Origin: Octopus bimaculoides
Taxonomy: Eukaryota
Assembly (NCBI RefSeq): GCF_001194135.2
Contig: NC_068982.1
Coordinates: 156,732,849-156,795,593 of the forward strand
Length of the DNA: 62,745 nucleotides
Reading direction: 5' to 3'
Every line of letters starts with the position of its first letter. Positions within the stretch are counted from its first letter, which is position 1. Under the pieces are notes generated by a model. That model searched no databases. It worked only from the letters and a program-made list of their open reading frames with translations, and had not been told where the DNA came from. The position numbers were made by a program, and so were the translations under genes. This document shows positions 1-11,941 of the stretch, in pieces.

Positions 1-66
<66 letters not shown>

Positions 67-70
67 ACAC
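1..70. repeat. (CA)n microsatellite
   Basis: Pure CA run from base 1, one AT interruption near 61. Confidence 0.95.
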
Positions 71-844
71 ATATCTGTGTGTGTGCGCTCGTAAATGCAC
101 GCGTGTATACAGGGTTATATCGATATTAATATGTGCGGTTATGTATTACATTCCATTTTTATTCTTTAATATTCTCTTAACTTTTTTTTTATATTATTTT
201 CATCTCACTCTTTATCCCCCTCGTTCTCTCTGTGAAAGAGATTAACCGTTGATATGGTGAATAAAAGTGATACAATTTTCTCAATTTTTTCTTTTTACTC
301 ACCTATATATTCTTGGCAAATACTTTCTATTTTGTTTTATTACCACTTCTCTTACGTTTGAGGTTTTCCTTATTTTGTGTTTTGTTATGGAGCAAATTTT
401 GTCTGTGATATCGTAATTTGTTTTGCGCGTTATTTTGCTAGTTTTTTTTTTCTTCTTGTTTCTTCCGGCTGTGGCTGAGTAGCAGAGATGCATGGATCAA
501 TAACACTAACATGATCATTGTGGGACACTCCTGATTCTTCCGTATATCAAATTACCCATGTCGACCAGCAACACCCAATAAAGTGGTGACGTTCTCAGAT
601 TGCAAATGATGAGATGATTAATAAAACTCAGAAAACAAAAAGATTAAGAAGATAGAGAAAAATACAAATCAAGCAAAATATGTTAACAATCAGAAAATAT
701 TGCATGGAAAATAGAAGGACAAAAAGAAGCAAAAAAGGAAAAAGAGCGAGAAGGAAAGAAATGTGTTTATCTTTTCGCCTCTTAAATATGGAAATACATA
801 CTATTGAGATAGTGGTATGATAATGATGGAAATATTGGTGCCAA

Positions 845-930
845 TGAGAGAGCTATTATATGATCGTTCGACCTGTCTCAAATAGTGGTTTAATCACTCT
901 GAAATCACACCCTATCGCCTTTAAAAATAA
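845..930 (+). mobile_element. Dispersed repeat family D, degenerate fragment
   Basis: tgatcgttcgacctgtctcaaatagt...aaatcacacccta resembles segments at 12.5, 52.8 and 54.1 kb. Confidence 0.35.
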
Positions 931-1189
931 GGAAATAAATGTTTGCGATTTCGTTTAAGAAGCTCTGTGGCGGAAATGACGACGATGGTCGATTGGCAGA
1001 ATGGTTAGCGCGTCAGATAAATGTCAACGATAGTTTAATTTCAAATCAAGGAGATCGTCTGCTAAATACAGCAGTGAAATTCCTTCAAAGTAAATACTGT
1101 AACCTTAGCGTACTAGAAACAACAGCGAAATCTCTTTCGCATCAAACATCCTTGGTACAGTTGTGCTGTAGTGGTGCCGGGGCATTATT

Positions 1190-1600
1190 AGTGCGAGTCA
1201 AACTATTCAGCACTGGAAGTGCCGACAGCCGAAAATGTGCGAGATGCGTGCAAGAGCACGAAGTCTTCCTCTACACCATCTTTCACTGTATTTGCATTAT
1301 CAGCTTGTGAGCTTGTATTGAATAACTGCTGTCATATGTAGGACAAATCTGGCTGTACACCGAGTCTATAATAAAGATGATGCACCATTTTCCTTTGGCA
1401 GGAAAAATCGGCAAATCTTGCGCTGCTTATTGGTTGTGACGAAAGACTTTGTATGGCGGACTCATCTGAAAGGTTTGATGCGAGGAACCTCTTCAGAATC
1501 CATTAGAAGAGGAAGCTGAGGTTAATGAGTGTAATCTGCCATCGAGTGTATTTTTCGGAAAGAGAATTCGAATGGGAAATATGTTGACTAAACGGGTTTA
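1190..1600 (+). mobile_element. Tx1/L1-like LINE, decayed 3' ORF2 fragment
   Basis: Broken translation KCARCVQEHEVFLYTIFHC and LLVVTKDFVWRTHLKG parallels PRCLQSDETVLHALVQC and LVTVAKEVIWWTRLKG of the 47-51 kb copy. DNA gtaggacaaatctggctgtacaccgagtctataat matches gtaggacagattggtctgtcagccgagtccataat. Confidence 0.65.
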
Positions 1601-1896
1601 TTCTGATCATATATTTCTAAGTAAGAGAAAAGAAATTGGGAGAGTGCACTTTAGATGACTGATGGATTTCCCAAAATTACACTAGTTAGATTTATCACGG
1701 TTGAGCGATATTTGGATGACAACGTCTATATCGTTCGTTATGTATTCATTAATGTTGATTTCTTTTGATCGCTGTAAACACCACCTTTTATACGCCGCAT
1801 TTGCAGTAATTCATCCTTTGATATTATTCTCAATGTCTTGGGCCCCTGTGGTCAATTAAAGTAACCATCATCATCATTGATATTATTATTGTTGTT

Positions 1897-2112
1897 AGCT
1901 GGTAGAATCATTAGCATGCCGGATAAACTGTTTAGCGGCATTGCGTCCTTCTTTACTTTCTGAGTTCAAATTCCGCCGAAGTCGGCATTCATCGCTACAG
2001 GGTCGATAAAATAAGTTCCAGTTGAACACTGGGAATGAATGTAATAGACTTGCTCTCTCTCGAACTTGCTGACATGGTGTTTAAATTTCAAGCAATTATT
2101 ATTATTATTATT
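1897..2112 (+). mobile_element. tRNA-headed SINE family B with (ATT)6 tail
   Basis: agctggtagaatcattagcatgccgg head, B-box-like gagttcaaattcc, ATT tail at 2095-2112. Matches other copies in the window. Confidence 0.8.
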
Positions 2113-3035
2113 GTTTTACTTCTCAGAGCACTCGGTTTTGTTTGCTCTAGTAGATTCAGTGAGAGCGGACAACAGCTCACTGTCAGAGCTCTTACAGGGT
2201 CTCTGTCCGGACATTACAAAATTTGATACTTGGTTATTAATTATCGTGGGAGCCTTTCAACATCCAAGAACCAATCTCAAAATCCTAGCTGTCGCCAGCA
2301 GAGCTGTTTTGGGGGCTTGCTCTGATCTCGTGTCGATTCCGATTTCCTTGAAATATTTCTCGAAATTGGTTGTTAGTGCTCCGAGTGCTCCTACAACTAC
2401 TGGAATGACAGATACTCCCCTCATAGTCCATATTCTTGCAATTTCGTCTTTAAGTATTCTGTACTTTTCAGTATTTTCTAGTCCTTTGTCATCTGTACGT
2501 GCATCCCCAGGTATTGCAATGTCTATAATTTTGGTTTCCTTTATTCTTTTATTTACCTCAACAATATCTGGTCTCCGAACATCGATTAGGATGTCACATT
2601 GGATTGTACAATCCCCCAGTATCTTATATTCTTTGTTTTCGGTGACTCCTGGTTCATGTTCGCACAATTTCCTTGATCTGTCTAGGACGAACTTAGCCAC
2701 GTTATCGTGTTTGTTTTTGTATTGCTTTTGGGCCAGTTTGCTACATTCACTCACAGTAAGTGAGATTGTTTCGTTTCTGTTGCCACTCATCCTACAAAGG
2801 GGAGATTCACTGTTTTTATCTATTTGGAACTTGCTGTGATTAATTCTCAAAACTTGTTCCTGGCATCTGCATAGCAATGCCTCAGTAATCTTTTTAGATC
2901 ACTTTTTCTTAGCCATCTCCAAGTCTGGATCTTGTGTTTTCCTTCGATTTCTCTGAGATATTGCTCACGAAGAGATTTCATTTTCCATTTGTTTACTCTT
3001 TCTTCGTTATCTTCAATAATTATTATCCGCCTCAC
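2113..3035 (-). mobile_element. R4/Dong-clade non-LTR retrotransposon, 5'-truncated (restriction-like endonuclease end plus 3' UTR)
   Basis: ORF 2257-2877: degenerate CCHC (CRMSGNRNETISLTVSEC), KHDNVAK (RHD motif), RRPDIV..IIDIAIP..EKY (PD-D/ExK RLE), PVVVGALG, ends RLVLGC*. ATT repeats on both sides. Confidence 0.88.
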
Positions 3036-3053
3036 TTATTATTATTATTATTA

Positions 3054-3125
<72 letters not shown>
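3036..3125. repeat. (ATT)n microsatellite
   Basis: About 30 ATT units, between the R4/Dong 5' end and the Tx1-like copy. Confidence 0.95.
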
Positions 3126-3129
<4 letters not shown>

Positions 3130-3130
<1 letters not shown>

Positions 3131-6100
3131 TTTGTCGCCAGAGCTGGACGTGTATTTCAGAGCTCCGTAAGTGTGTGCCTTGTTTACCTCCAAAAAGATT
3201 GTTATTGTTATATTTTATTGTTATAACGCTTTTTGCTCTGCGGGGCAAAAATCACTCGAAAAGAAAATTAATTTTCCTTTCAAATTTGCAAAATTTAATA
3301 AGACATCGTCTTTATTAGCAAGTCAACAAGCGAGGGAAGTGGGAGGAGATGTAGAACGCGAAATTGTCTTTTGCCGTCACTCGCCCCTACTCACTCTAGA
3401 TGTAAATGATAGTGGTAGTAGCAGGAGGAGTAGCAACAGCAATGACAACAACAACAACAACAACTGCAGTGGAAGTGTCAGGAGTAATGAGAATTCGAGC
3501 AAGGAAGCACGAAGCATAACCAGCAGCCAATTGTGCAAGGAAAATATCACCACCACACAAGTCAGTAACATTTCGAACAAAGAAAGAAAAGGTTCAAATG
3601 GAAATAACATTTCCTTCGCAAAAGTTACAAATAAGTCTGAAATTATGTTGTTAAAGGATAAGGAAGAACATTTAAAGGAAGCTGAGAGGATTATAAGACG
3701 TGAAGAAATGCCACACTAAATGTGCCTCAAAGCCTACTAGAGGCAATAAAAAAAACAACAAAAAAACAAAAAAAAATCATGTACAGATGTCTGTCCATGA
3801 AAGATCGATTTCTTGTAGGTAGTGAAAGCCGTGGTGCTGGAAGATCCTAGGAGTCTCTTAGAAATTCCCAAATCCAAAAATCCCCCCAAAAAAGAGAACT
3901 GGGTTAGGATAAGGTTGGAAATTCTACTGCAAGTAAAACCAGAAATTGTAGAGAAAATTCCTGCTCTAATAGAAATCCCTGGAGTCCAGTATCTGCAGGT
4001 GATCGTGGAAGGAAGAAGGCTGAGATGTTACTTCTATGGCGATTCAGGTCACATCAGTGCCTATTGCCTGAAGGAAAGAAAGAAAGAAAGAAAGAAAGAA
4101 GGAAAAAAGGAACCGCAGCAACCATTAACGCCACTACAATCATAAAGACGGCAGCGTCAGCAGCAGCAGCAAAAACAGCAACAACACCACCAGAGACAAT
4201 TGGACACACCAGCATCCACAAAAACCACTACAGCACCGGCAGAAGCTGCAGCTACAACAACAAGTGGAGTGGAAACAACTGCACAACGTTGCACAACGTC
4301 AAGCAGAATGCACAGCAGCAGCAACAACCACATCACAAACAACAACGACCACATCACGAGCAGCAACAACAAAGGCAGCAACAGGGAACTCCCCACCAAA
4401 AGTAATGGCAACATCATTAACAATGCCAACAGTAAACAAATACCTGCGGAAGAAATACTCCTCCCCTATTCGGACAACGAAAACGACAGAAATAAGGAGG
4501 GACAGGCATGGCAAATATTCACATGAAAAGGAAGGAAAATACGGAAGAGCACAAAAGCACAAACGTTAACTCGAAAACGAAACAGGAAGGTACGAGAAAA
4601 TGGAGGAGGGAAGGAATAATAACAACAGCACACCATGCATAAACTCACCTACACACGCAGAGGCAACAATAACATCATCACCGTCACTACCACCACAACC
4701 TCCAAAACCATCACAAACACAACACAGCCTACATACAGAACAGTTGGATTGCATTCCACCAAATGATCATAATCCAGACATTATAAATCTCACGGTTATA
4801 AGCACAAAATGTAACGAATTAATAGAACAGATCTACAAACACATGGATATTAATGAATCCAATTATGTCACACCAACCACCAATACACCGACACACATAA
4901 AATTATTCAAAGCTACTCAAAGCGACTACAAAATTTTGAAATATAGATACACCCAGTTTGTAGGGGACTTTCAAAAGGACCGCAATATCAGACTTTACAA
5001 GGAACTGTTGAGGAAAAAAACCCACATCCAACGAGAGGGGCAGAGTAAGCACTCCCATTCCCCTACAAAGCCTTCGTAAGTAGCTCTCTCTCCTACTTTC
5101 ACACATTCCCATCGTCTAATATGACATTGCTTAGAGTGGGCAGTATATATGTACTTGGTCTGGAGTCGTCATGGAAGCAAGGTTGCTTACTGAATGATCT
5201 TAGGTGGTGAAAATTAGACATAACAGCTGCCAGTAAGACCAGGATCTCGGACACGCGCGCCTTAGCGCCCATTTTCGATGATTATGAGATCTTTGCATCT
5301 CATAGTCGACCGAAATGGGGGGGTGGGTGGCGGTGTTGTTCAGAAAAGGCCTGGATCTCGAGATACGGTTGGTCTTCCTGGGCCCAGAAGGTAGGATGGT
5401 TGTCCTGGACGTGAATGATAATGAAGGCAGTGCCTTTAGACAGGTCGCTGTGTACGCTCCGACCGAAGCGGAACAGCCGGATTTCTTTAGACGTTTGGAG
5501 GTCTTTCTTGGGACATATCACTCCTTAGTGTTAGTGGGCGACTGGAACGCCATTTTGGATCCACGTGTGGATTGTGTGGGGCTTTCTTGTCAGCTATACG
5601 GACCACAAATCTGTGATCTGTATGGTCGCCCCATGTAGGGCCCCGGACACTGGAAGCTAAACGCGTCTTTTTAGGCGCGCCAAGCTTCCAGAGACCGGAT
5701 TAGTAAGTTAGTCCATCGAAAATTGACGGGTACAGTCGTCAACAACAGATGGTGGGCAGCCCTAAATGGGCGGTTAGAGTAGAAGTGGCAGGATTTAGCA
5801 GGGAATTAGTTATAGAGAATACTAGAGTAGAGGGAGAACTAGTCAGGAAATTAGAAGAGGCACTCGGTAGTGGCATAGCGACCGACGTGCTGGCAGCGAG
5901 ATTGGTTCTGAACTAATTCTTCATCATCGAGCATGAAGGTTGCATTGTCAGAGCTAGGGCACGTGCTCTAAGACACGAGGGAATGAAAGCAGCTGTTCGA
6001 TGGCCCCGGGTGGCCGAAGCACAACTTGGCAATAAAACTACAATTCGGTCTTTGATGGTTCGGGACGGGTGCATGCTGCCCGAGCTCAAACATATTTATA

Positions 6101-6830
6101 CAGAATTTCAGCGGTACTTTGCTGAACTGTACGATGCGCGTGGTGGTACGGAGGCGGAGGTGAACTTCACCTCATACCTCGATGGACTGCCGCGGCTTTC
6201 GGTTAGTGATGCGGAGTTCAGCAAAATACCGATAACAGTGGAAGATATAAGTGACGCACTGGACAATTGCACGAGGGAGATGTCTTTGGGATTGGATGGC
6301 CTGCCCTTCGGACTTTATATTCATATGCCAGACCTATTCGGTGAAATTTTGGTAGATATTTACCTCAACTGGCAGTAGAACGGGAGAATCCCCAGATCTG
6401 TTAGCCGAGGTGTGATGATGCTACTGAGATCCGAACAAGGGGAAGACAACAGTGACAACGATCTCGGAGAGTCTCTGGGCGTTGATAGGGATCAACTGGC
6501 TGGTTTCTTCCGGAGGATTTTTCGGGCCGGGGCCTAAGGATAATTTCCAGAAATCTCTGGCCTAGCAGTGCTACTGGTGAGCGCTGCCGGTTCGTGATAA
6601 GCTCTACAGGCACGGTTATGCAGTCAGACGGTCCGGTCCGAGGTGCATGCGGAGCGAGGAAACCGTTCTGCATGCGCTAGTACAGTGTCCGCTCATTGTT
6701 GACTTGTGGAGCTTCGTGGACAACAGTTATTTTCACGCGTAGGACGGATCTGGCTATCATCCGAGTCCATCGTAAAGATTAACCCGACTCCTTCCATTGG
6801 CCGGGATCTCCCACCTATTGGGGAATTATA
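3130..6830 (+). mobile_element. Tx1/L1-like LINE, decayed, with ORF1, APE and C-terminal zinc finger but no RT core
   Basis: ORF1 knuckle GRRLRCYFYGDSGHISAYC (3822-4145). APE GGVAVLFRKG..VYAP..LVGDWNAILD (5315-5638). Linker FQRYFAELY..GLDGLP (5983-6378). Then ALPVRDKLYRHG..PRCMRSEETVLHALVQC near 6580-6700. 5' boundary uncertain. Confidence 0.85.
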
Positions 6831-6844
6831 TATTGTTAGGTAAT

Positions 6845-7240
6845 TTTCCTTGTTAATTGTGTGCCTATATCTTCGTTGAAGTGTCTTATAGTCTGTATTA
6901 AGCAATCTAACTCTTTTTCATTCTCACTAAAAAGCTTCAGATCATCCATGTAGAGCAAATGGTAAATTCTTCCCTCACTATTTCTGAATTTATGCCCTGC
7001 CTTTGCCTTCCTGGATATTAAACTGAGTGGGATCAAATGTAAGACAAATATTAAAGGAGATAACGAGTCTCCTTGGAAAATTCCTCTCTTCCATTTCCCC
7101 ATGTTAAAGCTAATTACTTGTCTTATATTGTCTGCTATACTGAATATTCTCAAACATTCACTTATCCATGAGCATGGGATGGTGTCAAAGGCTTTTTTGT
7201 AATCTATCCTTGCTATTGTTAGATTTTTCTTCTGGCTTAT
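6845..7240 (-). mobile_element. R4/Dong-type reverse transcriptase fragment
   Basis: ORF 6836-7261: IDYKKAFDTIP, RGIFQGDSLSPLIF, HLLYMDDLKLFS. Apparently shortened between MGKW and KRGIFQG. Confidence 0.85.
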
Positions 7241-7275
7241 TATCATTAATATTATAATCATAATTTTTATTATTA

Positions 7276-7314
<39 letters not shown>

Positions 7315-7877
7315 CATCAGCAAGAAAAGGTGGAGGTGGGACAGCAGAATAGCATCAGGACGCAGAGTTTATATTAAATGCCACACCTGTTGATACTGTT
7401 TAAGACAAGGCTCTGAAGAACTAGTATGCCCGAGCCAACACTCACGCGCACACACACACACACACACACGCGCATCCACTCACTCAGACGTACACACGGA
7501 TTCATTGTTGAAAACTGGGATGGTCACTTCCTCAAGATAAACCACACACAAATTGATCATACTACCTTTGTTATTAATTAGCTTTTCAATGATTTTCTAT
7601 GTACCTTACCACATCTTCCTCTATATCTTTTATATGGAATTAATATGTATTTTGATTATGATGTATACAAGTATATGCGTGTGTGTGTGTTCGACTGTGT
7701 TTGTTTAATTGTAATAGGTGTATTGCTTTTTGTGTTTGTGGTGAGGAGCATCTATTAGTGTAATGGTAGACTTTGACAAGTCAAGTAAACAATAATATAC
7801 TGAATACCACACATCTCGATCTTACAACAAAATGCTGAGGAACTCAACTCACACGTATACGCATGCACAGACTATAA

Positions 7878-7910
<33 letters not shown>

Positions 7911-8008
7911 CATACACACACGCATATTTTGTGTTTATAAATACTCGTATGTCATTATAATAACATATTCTTTCCAAATGCATATATATACACACACACA
8001 CACATATA

Positions 8009-8051
<43 letters not shown>

Positions 8052-9649
8052 ATATATACATATATATTTGTATATGAGAAACAGATTGTCGTTTAGATAT
8101 ACAGTGTTTGCAAACATGATTGCGTTCTAATTTAATCTTACTTTTCATGAGAATCTGGTTCGAATCTTCCTATAACNNNNNNNNNNNNNNNNNNNNNNNN
8201 NNNNNNNNNNNNNNNNNNNNNNNNNNNNNNNNNNNNNNNNNNNNNNNNNNNNNNNNNNNNNNNNNNNNNNNNNNNNNNNNNNNNNNNNNNNNNNNNNNNN
8301 NNNNNNNNNNNNNNNNNNNNNNNNNNNNNNNNNNNNNNNNNNNNNNNNNNNNNNNNNNNNNNNNNNNNNNNNNNNNNNNNNNNNNNNNNNNNNNNNNNNN
8401 NNNNNNNNNNNNNNNNNNNNNNNNNNNNNNNNNNNNNNNNNNNNNNNNNNNNNNNNNNNNNNNNNNNNNNNNNNNNNNNNNNNNNNNNNNNNNNNNNNNN
8501 NNNNNNNNNNNNNNNNNNNNNNNNNNNNNNNNNNNNNNNNNNNNNNNNNNNNNNNNNTATATATATATATATATATATCATTTATGTATATATGAATATA
8601 TACACACACATACTAAAGCATGTCTATTTAGCAAGTCAGCACTGTTTGTATCTATGTTTATATCCCTGAGTGTATGTGTGTAAGTGTGTATTTGTGTATA
8701 TATAAATGTGTGCATTTAAATGTACGTCTTAGTTTATAAATACTTGTATAAGTCATTGTAAAAGCATATCCTTTCCCGATGTATATACACGTATACGCAT
8801 TTATTTAATCAGTCTAAATATTCTGTTACAAAAACGTATATACTATTTCCTCTCGTCCCCTCTCTCTCCCTATCTTTCTTTCTCCATGTCTGTCTGTCTG
8901 TCTGTCTGTCTCATATAAAACAGTGTATATATGTGTTTGTATCCTCTGCATATACACACAAAGACAGACACACACACATGCATATATACATATATATATA
9001 GATACATACACACACACATATATATATGCTACTGTATATACATACACATACACATAAACTCGCACATGCCTCATGGAGATCTCTGAATGAATATATATAT
9101 ATATTCATATCTTATGAAGCCATCTAATATATTTGACGAAGCATAGATCTACCTTAATATATCTGAATGCAATTTTGACAGTTTCTATTATCGTGGCAGA
9201 TATTTTCTTCAGCTATTTCAATTTGTAACTGATATATCAAATACGGGTGGTCGAGGAGCAAATGTAGGATTGATTTGGTCGTAGAGCCCCTATTTCCTAT
9301 TTTAGGAGACAACATTTGTGTGTTTCAACTGCCTTGAAGGTCATTTTAGTCATTGTACTTCTATAATAATATTAATTCTAATATATATTAGAATAAAGCT
9401 GAGAGAAATACCTTAAGCGAGCGTTCTGGATACTAAATACAAATACGTTAGCGTTCTCATTATATAAATATAGTACGTGAAGAAAATTCCTTCAATGCTG
9501 GTTTTAGATTTTGTATTCGCCTAAATACGGATTTCTTGTAATATTTACATGGATAAGTTTTCACCTTTCCATCTTACCGCATATCGAAGAACTTTTCTTG
9601 TTGGTATTCATAGAGAACGACATCTAATTCTTTCTGTATCATATATATA

Positions 9650-10043
9650 GGCGCAGGAGTGGCTGTGTGGTAAGTAGCTTGCTTACCAGCCACACGGTTC
9701 CGGGTTTAGTCCCAATGCGTGGCCCCTTGGGCAAATGTCTTCTACTATAGCCTCGGGCCGACCAAAGCCTTGTGAGTGGATTTGGTAGACGGAAACTGAA
9801 AGAAGCCCGTCGTATATATGTATATGTATATATATATATGTCTATTTGTGTTTGTGTGTCTGTGTTTGTCCCCCCGATGCTGGTGTGTTTATGTCCCCAT
9901 AACTTAGCGGTTCGGCAACAGAGACCGATAGAATAAGTACTAGGCTTACAAAGAATAAGTCCTGGGGTCGATTTGCTCGACTAAAAGTGGTGCTCCAGCA
10001 TGGCCACATTCAAATGACTGAAACAAGTAAAAGAGTAAAAGAG
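9650..10043 (+). mobile_element. tRNA-headed SINE family A, full length
   Basis: ggcgcaggagtggctgtgtggtaag (A-box-like), ggttccgggtttagtccc (B-box-like), internal (TA)(TG) tract, 3' ggtgctccagcatggcc..caaatgactgaaacaagtaaaagag. Confidence 0.9.
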
Positions 10044-10371
10044 ATATCAAACCCTTCTATATTACTCCTCTCGCGCTCCGCGGTGATAGGATTCGCAGAA
10101 CTGTATGAGTGTCAATCAAAATCCCTTGTAATATTTACGTATAAAGTAGGTCCTGCGTTCAAATTCCACTGCTATCAACTTTGCCAGTCTTCTTCATAAA
10201 ATAATAATAAAGTACTGAGGTGAGTTAATATTCTTCTGATGAAATCTATATGTCAACGGAATTATTATAGCAAATTAAAATAACCTCAAATATCTAACAC
10301 AGTGAACGTTACAAAGCGAGTGAGAAACATTTACACGTTTAAGAAATATTAACATAACCAAGAAACCAGAA

Positions 10372-10592
10372 GGCAGCGAGCTGGCAGAATCGTTAGCACG
10401 CCTGGCAAAATATTAAGCGACATTTTGTCCGCCTTTATGTTCTAAGCCCAAGTTCTGCTGACCTCAACTTTACATTTTATCCTTTTGGGGCCGAGGAAAT
10501 AATTACCAGTTGGGCACTGTGGTCGATGTAATTAACTTTGCCCCACTCCGTAATTGCTGGTCTTGCACCAAAAAATTGAAAGCAATATTACT
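10372..10592 (+). mobile_element. SINE family B
   Basis: ggcagcgagctggcagaatcgttagcacgcctggcaaaat head and the family-B body. Confidence 0.8.
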
Positions 10593-10684
10593 AGTTGATT
10601 AATATTATCCGTATTTTTCAGCATGTCTTCTTGATTATGATCCAGTTAGGTAAACGTATCATTCAATATGTGATGAATCCATAA

Positions 10685-10901
10685 GGCGGCGAGCGGGCAA
10701 AAACGTTAGCACGCCGGGTGAAATGCTTGGCTTGTATTTTGTCTGTCTTTATGTTCTGAGTTCAAATTCCGCCGGGGTCGACTTTGCCTTTCATCCTTTC
10801 AGGGTTGATAAATTAAGTACCAGTGGCGTACTGGGCTCAATATCATCAACTGGCCCCTCCCCAAAAGAATTTCGGGCCTTATGCCTAGAGTAGAAAAGAA
10901 T
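10685..10901 (+). mobile_element. SINE family B
   Basis: ggcggcgagcgggcaaaaacgttagcacgccggg..gagttcaaattccgcc..gcctagagtagaaaagaat. Confidence 0.88.
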
Positions 10902-10916
10902 GTGTGGTGAATTTAC

Positions 10917-11002
10917 AGCGGCGAGCTGGCAGGTTCACTAACACCACGGGCAAGATGCTTAGCTGCATTTCGCCCATATTTACGTTCAGAGTTCAAATTC
11001 AG
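10917..11002 (+). mobile_element. SINE family B, head-only fragment
   Basis: gcggcgagctggcagg..gcttagc..gagttcaaattc, then breaks off. Confidence 0.7.
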
Positions 11003-11015
11003 ACAAGTATGTCAT

Positions 11016-11229
11016 ATACTTTTCTTCTCTAGGCACAAGGCCCAAAATTTTGGGAGAGGGGTAAGTCGATTAGATCGACTCCAGAAAGCAACTGGTACTT
11101 AATTTATCGACTCCGAAAGGATGAAAGGCAAGATCGACCTCGGCGGAATTGGAACTCAGAACATAAAGACAGACGAAATACCGCTTAGCATTTCGCACGG
11201 CGTGCTAACGTTTCTGCTAACTCGCCGCC
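11016..11229 (-). mobile_element. SINE family B
   Basis: Reverse complement reads ggcggcgagttagcagaaacgttagcacgccg..gtgcctagagaagaaaagtat. Confidence 0.88.
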
Positions 11230-11310
11230 TTACAAGTAGGTCATATTTCGAACGCAGTACAGACGTAAAAACAGCAGGAAGATTGGATATCATCACCTTT
11301 ATAAACACTT

Positions 11311-11537
11311 TGTTTCTGTGCGTGTCTTTGTGTCTGTGTTTATCTCCCACCATCTCTTAACAACTGGTGTTGATGTGTTTATGTCCCCATAACTTAGCGG
11401 ATCGGCAAAAGAAAACGATAGAATTAGTACAAGGCGATAGAATTAGTCCTGGGGTCGATTTGTTCAACTAAAATCCCTACAGGGCGGCGCCCCAGCATAG
11501 CCGCAGTCAAATGAGTGAAGCAGATAAATGATAAAAG
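11311..11537 (+). mobile_element. SINE family A, 3' half only
   Basis: tgtgtttatgtccccataacttagcgg..ctggggtcgatttg..ccccagcatagccgcagtcaaatgagtg. No tRNA head. Confidence 0.8.
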
Positions 11538-11905
11538 ATATACATACATGCATTCATACATACATACATACATACACACACATACATACATGCGTACATA
11601 CATACATGCATACATACATATATATATATATATATTTATATAAGGGCATTACTACAGAATAATGCCACACACTAGACTTCCATAATAAACACATTTTTAC
11701 CGAACTCTTAAAAAAACTAACCTTTTTAAAAATTGAACTCAACTATATATCGAACGATTTCACGACTACTAGAATAATATCTAGCTTTCGATCATCAGTA
11801 TAGTATCGTACAGATATATAAAAATAAACAAAATCCTCACCTTACCAAAACGAACACCTTATGTATCCGACATAGCAAACGGAATAATGTTTATCCCTAT
11901 ACATC

Positions 11906-11941
11906 TATGCAAAAAGCGGGAATTTTCCCGCTTTTTGCATA
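11906..11941. repeat. Perfect 17-bp inverted repeat with 2-nt spacer
   Basis: tatgcaaaaagcgggaa-tt-ttcccgctttttgcata. Confidence 0.9.

Noticed and set aside
2113-7240. R4/Dong pieces at 2.1-3.0 kb and 6.8-7.2 kb as one element split by the Tx1 insertion
   Set aside because: Strand and order are compatible, but about 1 kb of intervening ORF is absent and the 2.1 kb piece has its own ATT-bounded 5' end. It cannot be supported without a family consensus.
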